IMG/VR virus record: IMGVR_UViG_3300031211_000001
Span: 1 to 42,807 of that record
Origin: a virus
Lineage: Duplodnaviria > Caudoviricetes
Length of the DNA: 42,807 bases
Reading direction: 5' to 3' (one strand)
Made by a program: the position numbers and the translations under genes. Numbering within the stretch: the stretch's first letter is position 1; the number at the start of each line of letters is the position of its first letter. The notes below the pieces were generated by a model. It ran no database searches. It was given only the letters and a program-made list of their open reading frames with translations, and was not told the origin of the DNA. Below are positions 33,794-42,807 of this stretch, one piece after another.

Positions 33794-34252
33794 ATGACAA
33801 CCCAACGTATCCCCGCCTTTACCCCTGATGGTTCGCTGGCCCGCGCCAGCCGCCCGGACGTGCCCGTGGTCATGCAGGGGGCGATCTACGAGAACGCGGG
33901 GAAGTACGCGCGGGGTGCTGTGCTGTACGCCTTCGAGGCTGTTGGCGGGCCGCAGGGTCTGGCGGACTGGGCTGCGGACAACCCCGACGCGTTTTACACC
34001 AAGATGTTCACGAAGATTATCGCCAAGGAAGTCGAGGTGACGGACAAGCAGGGTATCGACGAGTTGCTCGACGCCCTTGACGTGGGCTATTTTGTGGTGG
34101 ATGATGCAGATGTTGGGGCAGTCGAGGCTGCCCCGGGTGGTTTAAACCTTTTGACGCCCGGGGCAGTCCCACCCCCGATCACACCCACGCCCTTCCACCA
34201 GCCGGACGACGTGCCCTACGATCTGGACGCCCTGACGGACTTCGAGACGTGA
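33794..34252 (+). CDS. terS: Terminase small subunit
   Basis: AFEAVGGPQGLADWAADNPDAFYTKMFTKII; GTGA coupling to TerL. Confidence 0.7.
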   Translation: MTTQRIPAFTPDGSLARASRPDVPVVMQGAIYENAGKYARGAVLYAFEAVGGPQGLADWAADNPDAFYTKMFTKIIAKEVEVTDKQGIDELLDALDVGYFVVDDADVGAVEAAPGGLNLLTPGAVPPPITPTPFHQPDDVPYDLDALTDFET

Positions 34253-35949
34253 ACGGCCCGCAGCGCGCACCCATGCGGATTTCCCGTGAGCAGGAGCGGG
34301 TTGTCAAACAGGTGCAGACCTGGCGGGGCGACCTGCCGACCTACGCCGGCCAATGCCTTCACGTCGTGAACAAGGACAGCCAGCTGATCCGCATGGTGTT
34401 CAACGCGCCACAGGCCCTGATCCACTCGAAAGTCGAGGCGCAGATGGCCGAGCACGGGCTGATCCGGGCGCTGATTTTGAAAGGGCGGAAACAGGGCAGT
34501 TCATCTTACGTCGGCGCGCGGTTCTACGCCAAGACCCAGTTGCACAAGCACCGCAACGCGAAGGTGATGGCACACGTTCAGGACTCGACCAATGCCTTGT
34601 TCGCCATGGTCCGCACCTTCAACGACAACAACCCATCCCGCCTGCGGGCCGACACCAGCAACGCCAAACAGTTCGAGTTCTCCAACGGATCATCCTATAC
34701 CGTCGCCACCGCTGGCGGATCGGGCGAGGCCGGGCGCGGCGACACGCCCACGCTGGCCCATCTGTCCGAGGCCGCGTTTTACAAGAACGCCGAGAAGAAC
34801 TTCGCCGGGTTTGCGAACTCGGTCCCTTTGAGCCCCGGCACGGAGATTTTCGTGGAGTCCACGGCCAACGGTCTGGGCAACGAGTTCCATCGGCGCTGGA
34901 TGCGGGCCGAGGGCGGCGTTCACGACGAGCAGACGGGGATCCAGTACCTGCCGATCTTCATCCCGTGGTTCCTTTCGCCAGAGTACCGCCTACCGATCCC
35001 TTACGGGTTCGAGTTGCGGCCCGACGCTGAGGGCGACGGTCTGCCCAGCGAGGTCGAGGTGGCTGAACTGTTCGGGCTTGACGACGCGCAGATGGCGTGG
35101 CGCCGGTTCCAGATCGACGAGGCGCTGGGGTCGGTCGAGCAGTTCATGCAGGAGTACCCCTCCAGCCCGTCCGAAGCGTTCCAGACCACCGGCGTCGATC
35201 TGTTCATCAAGCCCGTGTGGGTCATGCGGGCGCGCAAGCGCACGGGTATCCGGCCCGAGGGGCCAAAGATACTCGGGGTCGATCCTGCGGGCGGCGGCAC
35301 TGGCGCCGACAAGTTCTCGATCTCCATGCGCCAGGGCATGGTCCTGTTGTGGCAGCGCGGGCGCGTCGGCGTTGACCCGCAGGAGGCCATCCACTGGATC
35401 GCCGGGATGATTGAGGCCGAGCAGCCCGACCGGGTGAACATCGACAACGGCGGCGGTTGGGGCGCGTCGCTCCTGAGCGGTATCCGCGCCCACTACCCCC
35501 TCTTGGCCGAGCGGTGTTATCCCGTGGACTTCGGGGGCACCTCACAGTTCAAGGCCGTGAACCCGCACCGTCCCGGCCCGCGCAACCGCCGCGCCGAGAT
35601 GTACATGCGCGGCCGAGACTGGTTCATGGCGCCGGAGGGCTGTTCGATCCCCGACGAGGACGTGTTGATGTCCGATCTCGGGGCCGTCACCGCGCGCCTG
35701 GGCGGCCAGTCCACCGATACGCTGATCTGCTCCAAGGCCGAGATCAAGAAGAACCTCGGGCGGTCGCCAGACGACAGCGACAGCTGGGCCTTGACTTTCG
35801 CCTTCCCCGACTCCTCCGTGTCCATGTCGTTGACGGACGAGGTGGCGGGTGGTACATCGGCGTTTAACCGGACCGCCCACCACACGCAGGTGGACGCGTA
35901 CCACACGCCCCATGTGGGGTTTGACTCAGGCGGAGGCTGGATGACGTAA
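34249..35949 (+). CDS. terL: Terminase large subunit
   Basis: LKGRKQGSS (Walker A), HLSEAAF (Walker B), ESTANG, nuclease GVDPAGG, SPDDSDS. Confidence 0.92.
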   Translation: MNGPQRAPMRISREQERVVKQVQTWRGDLPTYAGQCLHVVNKDSQLIRMVFNAPQALIHSKVEAQMAEHGLIRALILKGRKQGSSSYVGARFYAKTQLHKHRNAKVMAHVQDSTNALFAMVRTFNDNNPSRLRADTSNAKQFEFSNGSSYTVATAGGSGEAGRGDTPTLAHLSEAAFYKNAEKNFAGFANSVPLSPGTEIFVESTANGLGNEFHRRWMRAEGGVHDEQTGIQYLPIFIPWFLSPEYRLPIPYGFELRPDAEGDGLPSEVEVAELFGLDDAQMAWRRFQIDEALGSVEQFMQEYPSSPSEAFQTTGVDLFIKPVWVMRARKRTGIRPEGPKILGVDPAGGGTGADKFSISMRQGMVLLWQRGRVGVDPQEAIHWIAGMIEAEQPDRVNIDNGGGWGASLLSGIRAHYPLLAERCYPVDFGGTSQFKAVNPHRPGPRNRRAEMYMRGRDWFMAPEGCSIPDEDVLMSDLGAVTARLGGQSTDTLICSKAEIKKNLGRSPDDSDSWALTFAFPDSSVSMSLTDEVAGGTSAFNRTAHHTQVDAYHTPHVGFDSGGGWMT

Positions 35950-36239
35950 TGGCCGATATTGTTGACCTGGCGACCGAGAAGCTGATGAAGAAATCCGCAG
36001 AGAGCAATCTTTCCAGAGATTGGCTTCCCCGCGACGCGCTCGTGGAAGTTCTCCAGATGATCGACGCCGGGGAGATAAACCCGAAGTCCCTGACCATTGG
36101 CTGGGTCGAACATTTCAAGCCTGACGAATGTGTAACGGTCGACCATCGGTTGGCTGCGCCGAACGCGGCAGATGCAGCCTATCTGACCGCTGCGTTGCAC
36201 TGGCGGCTGACCCATGGGATATTCCACGATGGCTCGTAA
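35949..36239 (+). CDS. Hypothetical protein
   Basis: TAATG coupling with TerL; 96 aa. Confidence 0.65.
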   Translation: MADIVDLATEKLMKKSAESNLSRDWLPRDALVEVLQMIDAGEINPKSLTIGWVEHFKPDECVTVDHRLAAPNAADAAYLTAALHWRLTHGIFHDGS

Positions 36240-38376
36240 ACCGACGACGACACCCCCGAGAACGGACGAGCGGTTCCCCGTCGAGTACGAGGACAGCGCC
36301 TCGTTCGTGAAGGCCATCGTCAACCTGTACGCCAAGGACGTTGACGCCGACCGGCACAACATCGAGCCCGCGCGCCAAGACATTCAGTTTGTGATCGGGG
36401 ACCAGTGGAACCCGAACGTGCGGCGCGCCCGGGAGCGGCTGAACAAGCCCGTCCTGACCGTCAACCGCCTCCCCGCCTTCGTCGCCCAGTACATGGGGTC
36501 ATGGCTCCAGAGCGACACCACCTTGAAGGTCATCCCGGCCCGTGGCGGGTCCAAGGCCATCGCGGAGGTCCGGCAGGGGCTTATCCGTGGCATCACGCGC
36601 GAGCGCACGGCCAAGCGGGCGATCAACAAGGCGATGGAGAACTCCTATATCTGCGGCATTGGCAACTTCGCCGTGTGCCTGAAAGACGCGAAGAACGACG
36701 TGTTCCTGCGCGACATCGCCTTCGAGTGCATCGACGATCCGTTCGGCGTGATCTGGGACCGCGCCTCCACCGAGCCCACCGGGGCCGATGCGAACCATTG
36801 CACCGTGCGCGAGTACATGACGAAGGACGACTTCCACAAAGCCTACCCCGAGGCAGAGGGTGACGCGGGCTGGGTGTCCGACGAGATGACCGACACGGTG
36901 ATGACCGGCCACGGCTGGGAGATCGACGACATGGTTTCCGTCGCCAAGTTCTGGCAGATGCACGAGGAGCCTGTCACCCTTGGGCTGGAGGCCGAGACGG
37001 GCGACGTGATCGACCTGACCGACGTGCCGCAGGAGGACCGTGCGGGCATGGTCGCGCCCGACAAGGACGGTCTGCCGATGATCCGCGACACGGTGCGCCG
37101 CTATGCCCTGTGCCACGTCCTGACCTCAAGCCGCGTGCTGGAGGGGCCTTATCGCCTCGACGTGTCGCGCTTGCCCGTGTTCCGCGTTGAGGGCTGGTCG
37201 CTGCAAGAGGCGAATGTCCGGTATCGGTGGGGGTTCGTGCGCAACGCCAAAGACCCCCAACGCCTGCACAATTACTGGCGGTCCGTTCTGGCCGAGGAGT
37301 TGTCCAAGTCGGTTTCGACCAAGTGGCTGTTGGACACCACGGCCATGAAGAACGGGATGGCGGACCAGTTCCGCAACTCCCACCGCACAGGCGACAACGT
37401 GGTGTTCTGGGACAGCCAGAGCGGCGGCGCCAGGCCCGAGATGTTCCCACCGCCTCAGATGAACAGCGCCGTTCTGACCGAGGCCGGGATGTCCGTGCAG
37501 GACATCAAGGACGTGACCAACAAGCACGAGGCATCGCTGGGCATCCAGTCCAACGAGGTCAGCGGCCGGGCGATCACCGCCCGCCAGCGCGTGTCCGAAC
37601 TGGGCGACGCGATCTACCTCGACAACATGAACGCCGCGCTGGGCGAGGCGGGCCGTGTGGTCAATGAGTTGATCCCGGTGGTTTACGACACCAACCGCAC
37701 GGTCAAGGTGGTGGGCGAGGACGACGTGGACATGGTGCAGGAGATCAACGGCACCGCAGGCGACGCGACGCCGGACGTGACGATCGGCAAGTACGACATC
37801 ACCTACACCACGGGCCCGTCCTACGCGACCAAGCGCCAGGAGGCCGTTGACGTCATGATGACGCTTATGAACACCATGCCGCAGGTCGGCAACGTGATTG
37901 CTGACATCATCGTGCGCAACCTCGACATTCCCGGCGCCGCCGAGATCGAGGAGCGTCTGGCGATGATGCTGCCGCCCGGTATGGTCAACGCCGAGCGCCT
38001 GCCTGCGTCGCGGCGCGAGGCTGTGATGCAGAAGCAGCAGGAGGCCCAGCAGCAGGCCCAACAGCAGCAGCAGATACAGATGGCCCAGTTCCAGGCGATG
38101 ATGGCCGAGCAGCAGGCCAAGACCCAGGAGTTCCTGGCGCGCGCCCAGAAGCAGATGGCCGATGCCGAGCGCACCATGGCTGAGGTCGGCGTGGCCCGCG
38201 AGAAGGTGCGGCTCGACGCCGCCGCCATCGAGATCAAGGGCTTCCAAGCTGGTATGGACGAGGCCCGGCTGGGCATGGAGGCGTTCCGATCCGGCCTTGA
38301 CAGCGCCATGCGCGAAACCGAAATGAACCAACAAGCACAGCAAACCCGAGGAGAGACCGATGCCCCGCAAGAATGA
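36229..38376 (+). CDS. P22-like portal protein
   Basis: GDQW...KPVLTVNRL, GFVRNAKDPQRLHNYW, NEVSGRAITARQ, GKYDI...GPSYATKRQEA, Q-rich barrel. Confidence 0.92.
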   Translation: MARKPTTTPPRTDERFPVEYEDSASFVKAIVNLYAKDVDADRHNIEPARQDIQFVIGDQWNPNVRRARERLNKPVLTVNRLPAFVAQYMGSWLQSDTTLKVIPARGGSKAIAEVRQGLIRGITRERTAKRAINKAMENSYICGIGNFAVCLKDAKNDVFLRDIAFECIDDPFGVIWDRASTEPTGADANHCTVREYMTKDDFHKAYPEAEGDAGWVSDEMTDTVMTGHGWEIDDMVSVAKFWQMHEEPVTLGLEAETGDVIDLTDVPQEDRAGMVAPDKDGLPMIRDTVRRYALCHVLTSSRVLEGPYRLDVSRLPVFRVEGWSLQEANVRYRWGFVRNAKDPQRLHNYWRSVLAEELSKSVSTKWLLDTTAMKNGMADQFRNSHRTGDNVVFWDSQSGGARPEMFPPPQMNSAVLTEAGMSVQDIKDVTNKHEASLGIQSNEVSGRAITARQRVSELGDAIYLDNMNAALGEAGRVVNELIPVVYDTNRTVKVVGEDDVDMVQEINGTAGDATPDVTIGKYDITYTTGPSYATKRQEAVDVMMTLMNTMPQVGNVIADIIVRNLDIPGAAEIEERLAMMLPPGMVNAERLPASRREAVMQKQQEAQQQAQQQQQIQMAQFQAMMAEQQAKTQEFLARAQKQMADAERTMAEVGVAREKVRLDAAAIEIKGFQAGMDEARLGMEAFRSGLDSAMRETEMNQQAQQTRGETDAPQE

Positions 38377-39307
38377 GATCGACGACGACCAGGACGACAG
38401 CGTTGAACTGTCCACCGACTTCGAGGCCGAGGCCCGCAAGGCCGGTTTGACCCCCAATCAGGACGACGGTGATGACAGTGACGATCTTTCCGACGACGAT
38501 ACCGACGACGATACCGACGACGAGACTGGCGACGAGACTGGCGATGTGGACGGCGACTCCGATGATGCCGACGGTGACGGACCTGACGATGCTGACGATG
38601 TGGCTGCGTCCGCAGCAACCGCCAGGGTAAAGCCGACCGCCAAGGAGCGGATCAAGGAACTGGCGACCAAGCGGCGCGAGGCCGAACGCCTCCAGTTCGA
38701 GGCAGAAATGCGCTCGATCGAACTCCAGCGCCAGTTGGACGCGGCCCGTCAGGCTGCGCCGCCAGCCGTCCAGGCCATGAAGAAACCCGACCCGAACACC
38801 TACAAATACGGGGAGATGGACAGCGACTACCAGGACGACCGGCTGAATTACCGCATGTGGGAGCGCGATCAAGAGAGCGCCCAAACCAGCCAGGCGCAGA
38901 CGCAGGTTGCCGCCGAGGAGCAGCGGCTGACCCACTACCGCACGCGCCTTGAGACCGTGATCGCGGACGGCACCAAGCGGTACACCGGGTTCCGCGACGC
39001 CATCGACCGCACGCCCTACGAGCCCGAACTGGCGCGGCTGGTGCTGGACTCCGATAGAGCCGTTGACATTGCGTACCATCTGAGCAAGAATGGCGCCGAT
39101 CTCCTGCGCCTGACGCGTGCAAGCAAAGACGAACGCTTGCGCATACTCGGGCAGCTGGAGGGTAAACTTTCGGTTGCTTCTACCGCAAAGAAGGCTACGC
39201 AAGCGCCGCCTGCCATGGGCTCCAAGAAACGGGCACCCGTGACGAACAGCGGCAAATACGGTCCTGACGATCAGGACGCGTTCGACCGAGCCTTTTACAG
39301 CAACTAG
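38360..39307 (+). CDS. Scaffolding protein
   Basis: Acidic N-terminus, ERIKELATKRREAER coiled coil, DIAYHL, between portal and coat. Confidence 0.8.
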   Translation: MPRKNEIDDDQDDSVELSTDFEAEARKAGLTPNQDDGDDSDDLSDDDTDDDTDDETGDETGDVDGDSDDADGDGPDDADDVAASAATARVKPTAKERIKELATKRREAERLQFEAEMRSIELQRQLDAARQAAPPAVQAMKKPDPNTYKYGEMDSDYQDDRLNYRMWERDQESAQTSQAQTQVAAEEQRLTHYRTRLETVIADGTKRYTGFRDAIDRTPYEPELARLVLDSDRAVDIAYHLSKNGADLLRLTRASKDERLRILGQLEGKLSVASTAKKATQAPPAMGSKKRAPVTNSGKYGPDDQDAFDRAFYSN

Positions 39308-39315
39308 GAGCCACC

Positions 39316-40629
39316 ATGGCCATCACCGTCCCGCAATCCCGCCTGATCCTTCGCACGGTCATGGCCGCCCTTCGCAACAACCTCGCCGCGTCGAACATGA
39401 TCGACTGGGAACTCCACTCTGCCGAGATGAACGACCGAAACGGCTTCGTTGTGTCCGAGCAGGTCGGCCCCGAGTACAACATCACAGAGACGACCGGCGC
39501 CGTCACAGACCTGTCATCTGCCGTTCAGTCCACGGTGTTCGGATCGCAGACCTTCACGCTGAACCGTGTGTTCGGGATGTCGATGGGTGCCTCCGACATC
39601 GAGAGCGTCACCGATCTCCAGTCGGCACGCAAAGCGCGCGCCCTGAACAACGGTATCGCTCGCCTGGCGTCGCGGATCGACAGCCACATCTTCGGTGTCG
39701 CGGCCACGGCCTTTCCGTACTCGACCGGCACCTGGGGCACCGGGGTCAGTTCCCCCGTGCATATCGCAGCGGCTCGCACACGACTGGCCGAGGCGTCGAT
39801 CGAGAGCGATGACGGTATCTCCGCTGCCATCACCCACGCCGACCGGCAGGCTTTGGCCTCTTTCATCTATCAGGACAACGCTGCGCTGGCGTCCGAGGGT
39901 TCGCGCGCCATGCGCCGGGGTTTCGCGGGCATGATCGACAACGTGCCGTTGATGCCATCCAACCAGTTGGGTCGGATCACCACGGGCACGCGCACCAACG
40001 GCGCCATCGCGGGCGCTGCGCAGAATGTGGACTATGTGGACGTCGCGGACTCGGGCAACAACGCTGGGCGCTATCTGACCCAGACACTGGCGCTCGACGG
40101 TTTGGGCGCAGGCGCGACCATCGCTGCGGGCGAGGTGTTCAGCATCGCTGGCGTGACGGCGTGGGATCCCGAGATCAACGCCACCCGCCCGTTTGCGGCG
40201 CAGTTCACCGTTGTGGCCGCAGCGACCGCCAACGGATCAGGCGAAGCCACCGTGACGATCTTTCCGGCCATCATCGTACAGACCGGCACCGTCACCGTGA
40301 ACAACGCCCACGCGACCGTCAACGTGGCGCCCGCCAACGATGCAGTCGTCACCTTCCAAGGCTCCGCCTCGACCACCTACACGCCGCGCGTGATGTTCAA
40401 GAAAGAGGCCGTGGTCTGCCACTCCGCGCCGCTGATCCTTCCCTTCACCGGGCAGGGGTTCCGCCGTTCGCTGGCCGACGCCGAGCGCGACGGGCAGGCG
40501 CCGGTCATGCCGCGCCTGTGGCTGTACTCGAACCCCGACACGGGCGAACACCGCGCACGTATCGACATTTTTGTGGAGGCGCAGGTGCGCAACCGCTGGC
40601 AGGGCGTCAAGTTCTTCGGCGCAGCGTAA
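39316..40629 (+). CDS. Major capsid protein, P22 coat-like with insertion domain
   Basis: AGGAG RBS; LASRIDS, GEVFSIAGV...QFTV...TIFPAII insertion domain, RARIDIF. Confidence 0.9.
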   Translation: MAITVPQSRLILRTVMAALRNNLAASNMIDWELHSAEMNDRNGFVVSEQVGPEYNITETTGAVTDLSSAVQSTVFGSQTFTLNRVFGMSMGASDIESVTDLQSARKARALNNGIARLASRIDSHIFGVAATAFPYSTGTWGTGVSSPVHIAAARTRLAEASIESDDGISAAITHADRQALASFIYQDNAALASEGSRAMRRGFAGMIDNVPLMPSNQLGRITTGTRTNGAIAGAAQNVDYVDVADSGNNAGRYLTQTLALDGLGAGATIAAGEVFSIAGVTAWDPEINATRPFAAQFTVVAAATANGSGEATVTIFPAIIVQTGTVTVNNAHATVNVAPANDAVVTFQGSASTTYTPRVMFKKEAVVCHSAPLILPFTGQGFRRSLADAERDGQAPVMPRLWLYSNPDTGEHRARIDIFVEAQVRNRWQGVKFFGAA

Positions 40630-40651
40630 CCGCCGCACCACTCACGAAACG

Positions 40652-40682
40652 AGGCCCGGGGTTCGCTCCGGGCCTTTTTCTT
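40652..40682 (+). terminator. Rho-independent terminator after the coat gene
   Basis: AGGCCCGGGG-TTCG-CTCCGGGCCT followed by TTTTCTT. Confidence 0.9.
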
Positions 40683-40732
40683 GCGCGGCGTCAAGTGGCG
40701 TGATAAGCCGGGGATCAACAGAGGAGATACCC

Positions 40733-41074
40733 ATGCCCATCAAGGATAAGCCAGTGAAACAGCCCTACGAGTTCCAGGAGTTCCCCAAGATGGTCTACGG
40801 GCCCGGCGGGGAGGAGACGGTCATCGCCAACGAGGACATGCGCCCCGACGGCTATCTGAACCACCCCGACGACTTCAAGGACGACGCGGCCGATGCCGCC
40901 GCCGACGCCAAGGCCGACGCCAAGGTTGCCGCCGAGGAGGAGCGCGTTGCGCTCAAGGCGTTCCTCGACGAGCACAAGGTCGAGTACAACGCCAACCTTG
41001 GAACGCCCAAGCTGCGCGGACTGTCCGATGCCCTGAAAGAGCACTTGGAGAAGCAGGATGGCGCTGACAAGTGA
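40733..41074 (+). CDS. Hypothetical protein with C-terminal HeH/LEM-like motif; paralog of 41819-42067
   Basis: GAGGAG RBS; FQEFPKMVYGPGG...; LKAFLDEHKVEY...KLRGL. Confidence 0.7.
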   Translation: MPIKDKPVKQPYEFQEFPKMVYGPGGEETVIANEDMRPDGYLNHPDDFKDDAADAAADAKADAKVAAEEERVALKAFLDEHKVEYNANLGTPKLRGLSDALKEHLEKQDGADK

Positions 41075-41822
41075 GGTCATCAGCTTCGCTTATCGCGAGG
41101 CCAACTTCAACACCGTCAGCGGTGTGCCGACGACGGTGGAGTTCGCGGAGGGCCTGACCCTTCTGCAACCCATCGTCAACGCGCTGCCGGGGATGGTCAC
41201 GGGCATCCGCATGAAGCCGTGGTTCATTCCTGCGCCGCAGAAGGTCAGCGCCATCGCGGCTGATTACCCGGCCTATTCGTCGGACGCGCTGGCGCCGCAG
41301 AACATCTACAACCCGCCTTCGAACCGGCGGTTGATGATGCGGAACACCGAGGACGTGGAGGTGTTTTTCCAGTACCAGCCCCAGCCGGGCGCGATCATGG
41401 AGTATGTGGACACCGGCCACGAGGGCATCGTGACCCTGAATGGCAACGCCTCGTTCTTCGGTCTGACCGGATCAAACGAAAGCGTCGTGATCGACCCCGA
41501 GGGCGCGGGCGGGCGGAACGCCCCGCGCCGGTGGCACTACCGCGCTGATTTCGGCGGCTGGCAGGAGTTGACCACGCTGGCGCTCACCAGCACGATCCCC
41601 TACCCGGTCGAGTTCGATGACTACTTTATCACCGCGTTGGCGATCCGCCTCTCGCCCCGGTTCGGCTCCGAGCCCCGCCAGGTGACGATCCTGCGGTTCC
41701 AACAGATGGAGGCGTACATCCGCGACCAGTGGCTCCAGGCCGAGGAGGTGTTGTCGGGTACTCACGCCCAGCCGACGCTCCAGAACTGGAGCGACTCCTA
41801 CCGCGACGGGGGTGTGCGGTGA
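41058..41822 (+). CDS. Head-tail adaptor/head completion protein (P22 gp4-like)
   Basis: TSEVISFAYRE...EGLTLL; PVEFDDYFITALAIRLSPRFG; position after coat. Confidence 0.7.
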   Translation: MALTSEVISFAYREANFNTVSGVPTTVEFAEGLTLLQPIVNALPGMVTGIRMKPWFIPAPQKVSAIAADYPAYSSDALAPQNIYNPPSNRRLMMRNTEDVEVFFQYQPQPGAIMEYVDTGHEGIVTLNGNASFFGLTGSNESVVIDPEGAGGRNAPRRWHYRADFGGWQELTTLALTSTIPYPVEFDDYFITALAIRLSPRFGSEPRQVTILRFQQMEAYIRDQWLQAEEVLSGTHAQPTLQNWSDSYRDGGVR

Positions 41823-42067
41823 AGCGCCGGTTCCAGGAGTTCCCCAAGCACGTCTACGGGCCGCACGGGGCGTCGATGATCGTCACGCGCAAGGAGGACC
41901 GGCCCAGCGGCTGGACGGACACCCCTGCCCGCGACGACGTGCCCGCACACGTTGCGCCTGTGCGCCCGAACTTGGGCCGATCAGAGATGAAGGCCGCGTT
42001 GCGCGCCAGGGGCATCCCGTTCGACGAGCGCGCGGCTGACGTGGCACTGTGGGAGTTGCTGACGTGA
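41819..42067 (+). CDS. Hypothetical protein with HeH-like motif; paralog of 40733-41074
   Basis: GTGA couplings at both ends; FQEFPKHVYGPHG...; EMKAALRARGIPF...LWELL. Confidence 0.7.
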   Translation: MKRRFQEFPKHVYGPHGASMIVTRKEDRPSGWTDTPARDDVPAHVAPVRPNLGRSEMKAALRARGIPFDERAADVALWELLT

Positions 42068-42807
42068 CCGACGTTCCTCTCGCCTTCTCCGACGATCCCC
42101 GGACCTACGCGGGTCTGCCCCGGATCGCGCTCCAGAACCGTTTCGTTGAGCAGAACCTCGCCACGGCCAAGGGGTCTGCCATGATCGCCCGTCCCGGCAC
42201 CGACGAGTTGGAGGTCTACGGTGACGGCCCCATCCGCTCGATCTTCTCGCTCCCCGGTCTGTTCGGGGGCGCCGCTTTCATCGCTTCGGGCACTTCGCTC
42301 TACCGCCGCGATGTTGACGGCACCGTGACACGGATCGCGGGGTTCCTTCTGAACAGCGGCGACGTTGACATGACCGGCGTTGAAGGCGCGGGATACCAAC
42401 ACCTGTTTGTCGCGGACGGCTCCCTGCTCCAGGTTTACCGGGGGCCGTCGCAAGCTGCGGGCGTTCTGACTTCTACCGCCCAAGTGGCCGACGGCGACGT
42501 GGTGCGGATCGGGGCCACCTACTATGAATGGGTCAACGTGGTCGTCAACGGCGCGGGGGCTGTGGGTAGCCCGTGGCGCGTCCTGATCGGGGCGGACCTG
42601 AACGCCAGCATGTCGAACCTCGCGGCTGCAATCAATTTCACAGGCACGCAGGGCGTGACCTACAGCGCCAACCTCGGGGGACGGAACCCCGATGTCGCTG
42701 TCACCTACACCGGCCTGACGTTGGACGGCGTTCCCACAACCACCGCAGGGATCGCCACAACCGCGTGGAACGCAGCGGAGTTGCTTGGCGCAGCGCAAGC
42801 GTCGGGC
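42064..42807 (+). CDS. 5' part of the gp10-like tail hub gene, continuing through the junction to 1807
   Basis: GGGAG RBS and GTGA coupling; MTDVPLAF...LQNRFVE...ARPGT...GDGPIRSIF; open to the window end, so absent from the ORF track. Confidence 0.8.
   Translation, partial: MTDVPLAFSDDPRTYAGLPRIALQNRFVEQNLATAKGSAMIARPGTDELEVYGDGPIRSIFSLPGLFGGAAFIASGTSLYRRDVDGTVTRIAGFLLNSGDVDMTGVEGAGYQHLFVADGSLLQVYRGPSQAAGVLTSTAQVADGDVVRIGATYYEWVNVVVNGAGAVGSPWRVLIGADLNASMSNLAAAINFTGTQGVTYSANLGGRNPDVAVTYTGLTLDGVPTTTAGIATTAWNAAELLGAAQASG
42681..42807. repeat. Second copy of the 127-bp terminal overlap
   Basis: Identical to 1-127. Confidence 0.95.

Noticed and set aside
38461-38600. 12-bp GACGAC-rich tandem repeats
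   Set aside because: They simply encode the acidic disordered N-terminus of the scaffold protein
39063-39091. Internal promoter for the coat gene (TTGACA-N17-AAGAAT)
   Set aside because: The -10 lacks the conserved first T and it lies within coding sequence; too weak to call without TSS data
42681-42807. Terminal repeat as a biological direct terminal repeat
   Set aside because: It is exactly 127 bp and lies mid-CDS with the frame continuing, which fits an assembler overlap; the true ends cannot be read from this
1-42807. Integrase, CI/Cro switch, partition genes, tRNAs, phage RNA polymerase
   Set aside because: No supporting motifs or cloverleafs seen by eye; a lytic lifestyle is suggested but not proven

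Overview
The window is an apparently complete, circularly permuted genome of a high-GC tailed phage with a P22-like (podovirus-type) virion module. Bases 1-127 repeat exactly at 42681-42807, most likely an assembly overlap, giving a unit length of 42,680 bp. The + arm (31581 through the junction to 12410) carries small basic proteins, a LamG-like pair, TerS/TerL, portal, scaffold, coat, gp4-like adaptor, a gp10-like tail hub split over two genes, needle/fibre, ejection proteins, a virion lysozyme and a holin/amidase lysis cassette. The - arm (31053 down to 12397) carries small early genes, a DnaN-like beta clamp, primase-helicase, an SSB-like protein, a family A DNA polymerase, a Cas4-like nuclease, VRR-NUC, an SNF2 helicase, an adenine methylase, an HD hydrolase and a C5 methylase. 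I found no integrase, RNA polymerase, tRNA or CRISPR array. Many sigma70-type TTGAC-N17/18-TA promoters are visible. An alphaproteobacterial, possibly Rhodobacteraceae, host is inferred from the GTA-type holin and high GC. The most unusual observations are: (1) a Q/P-rich NPFG-repeat protein nested in-frame in the helicase gene with its own promoter motif and RBS; (2) the split gp10 hub with nested repeat modules shared with the intervening gene; (3) a C5 methylase whose motif IX lies in an overlapping +1 frame; (4) a phage-encoded beta clamp; (5) an early region built from cassettes with repeated RBS junctions and hairpins. All family assignments come from motif recognition by eye, not database searches.
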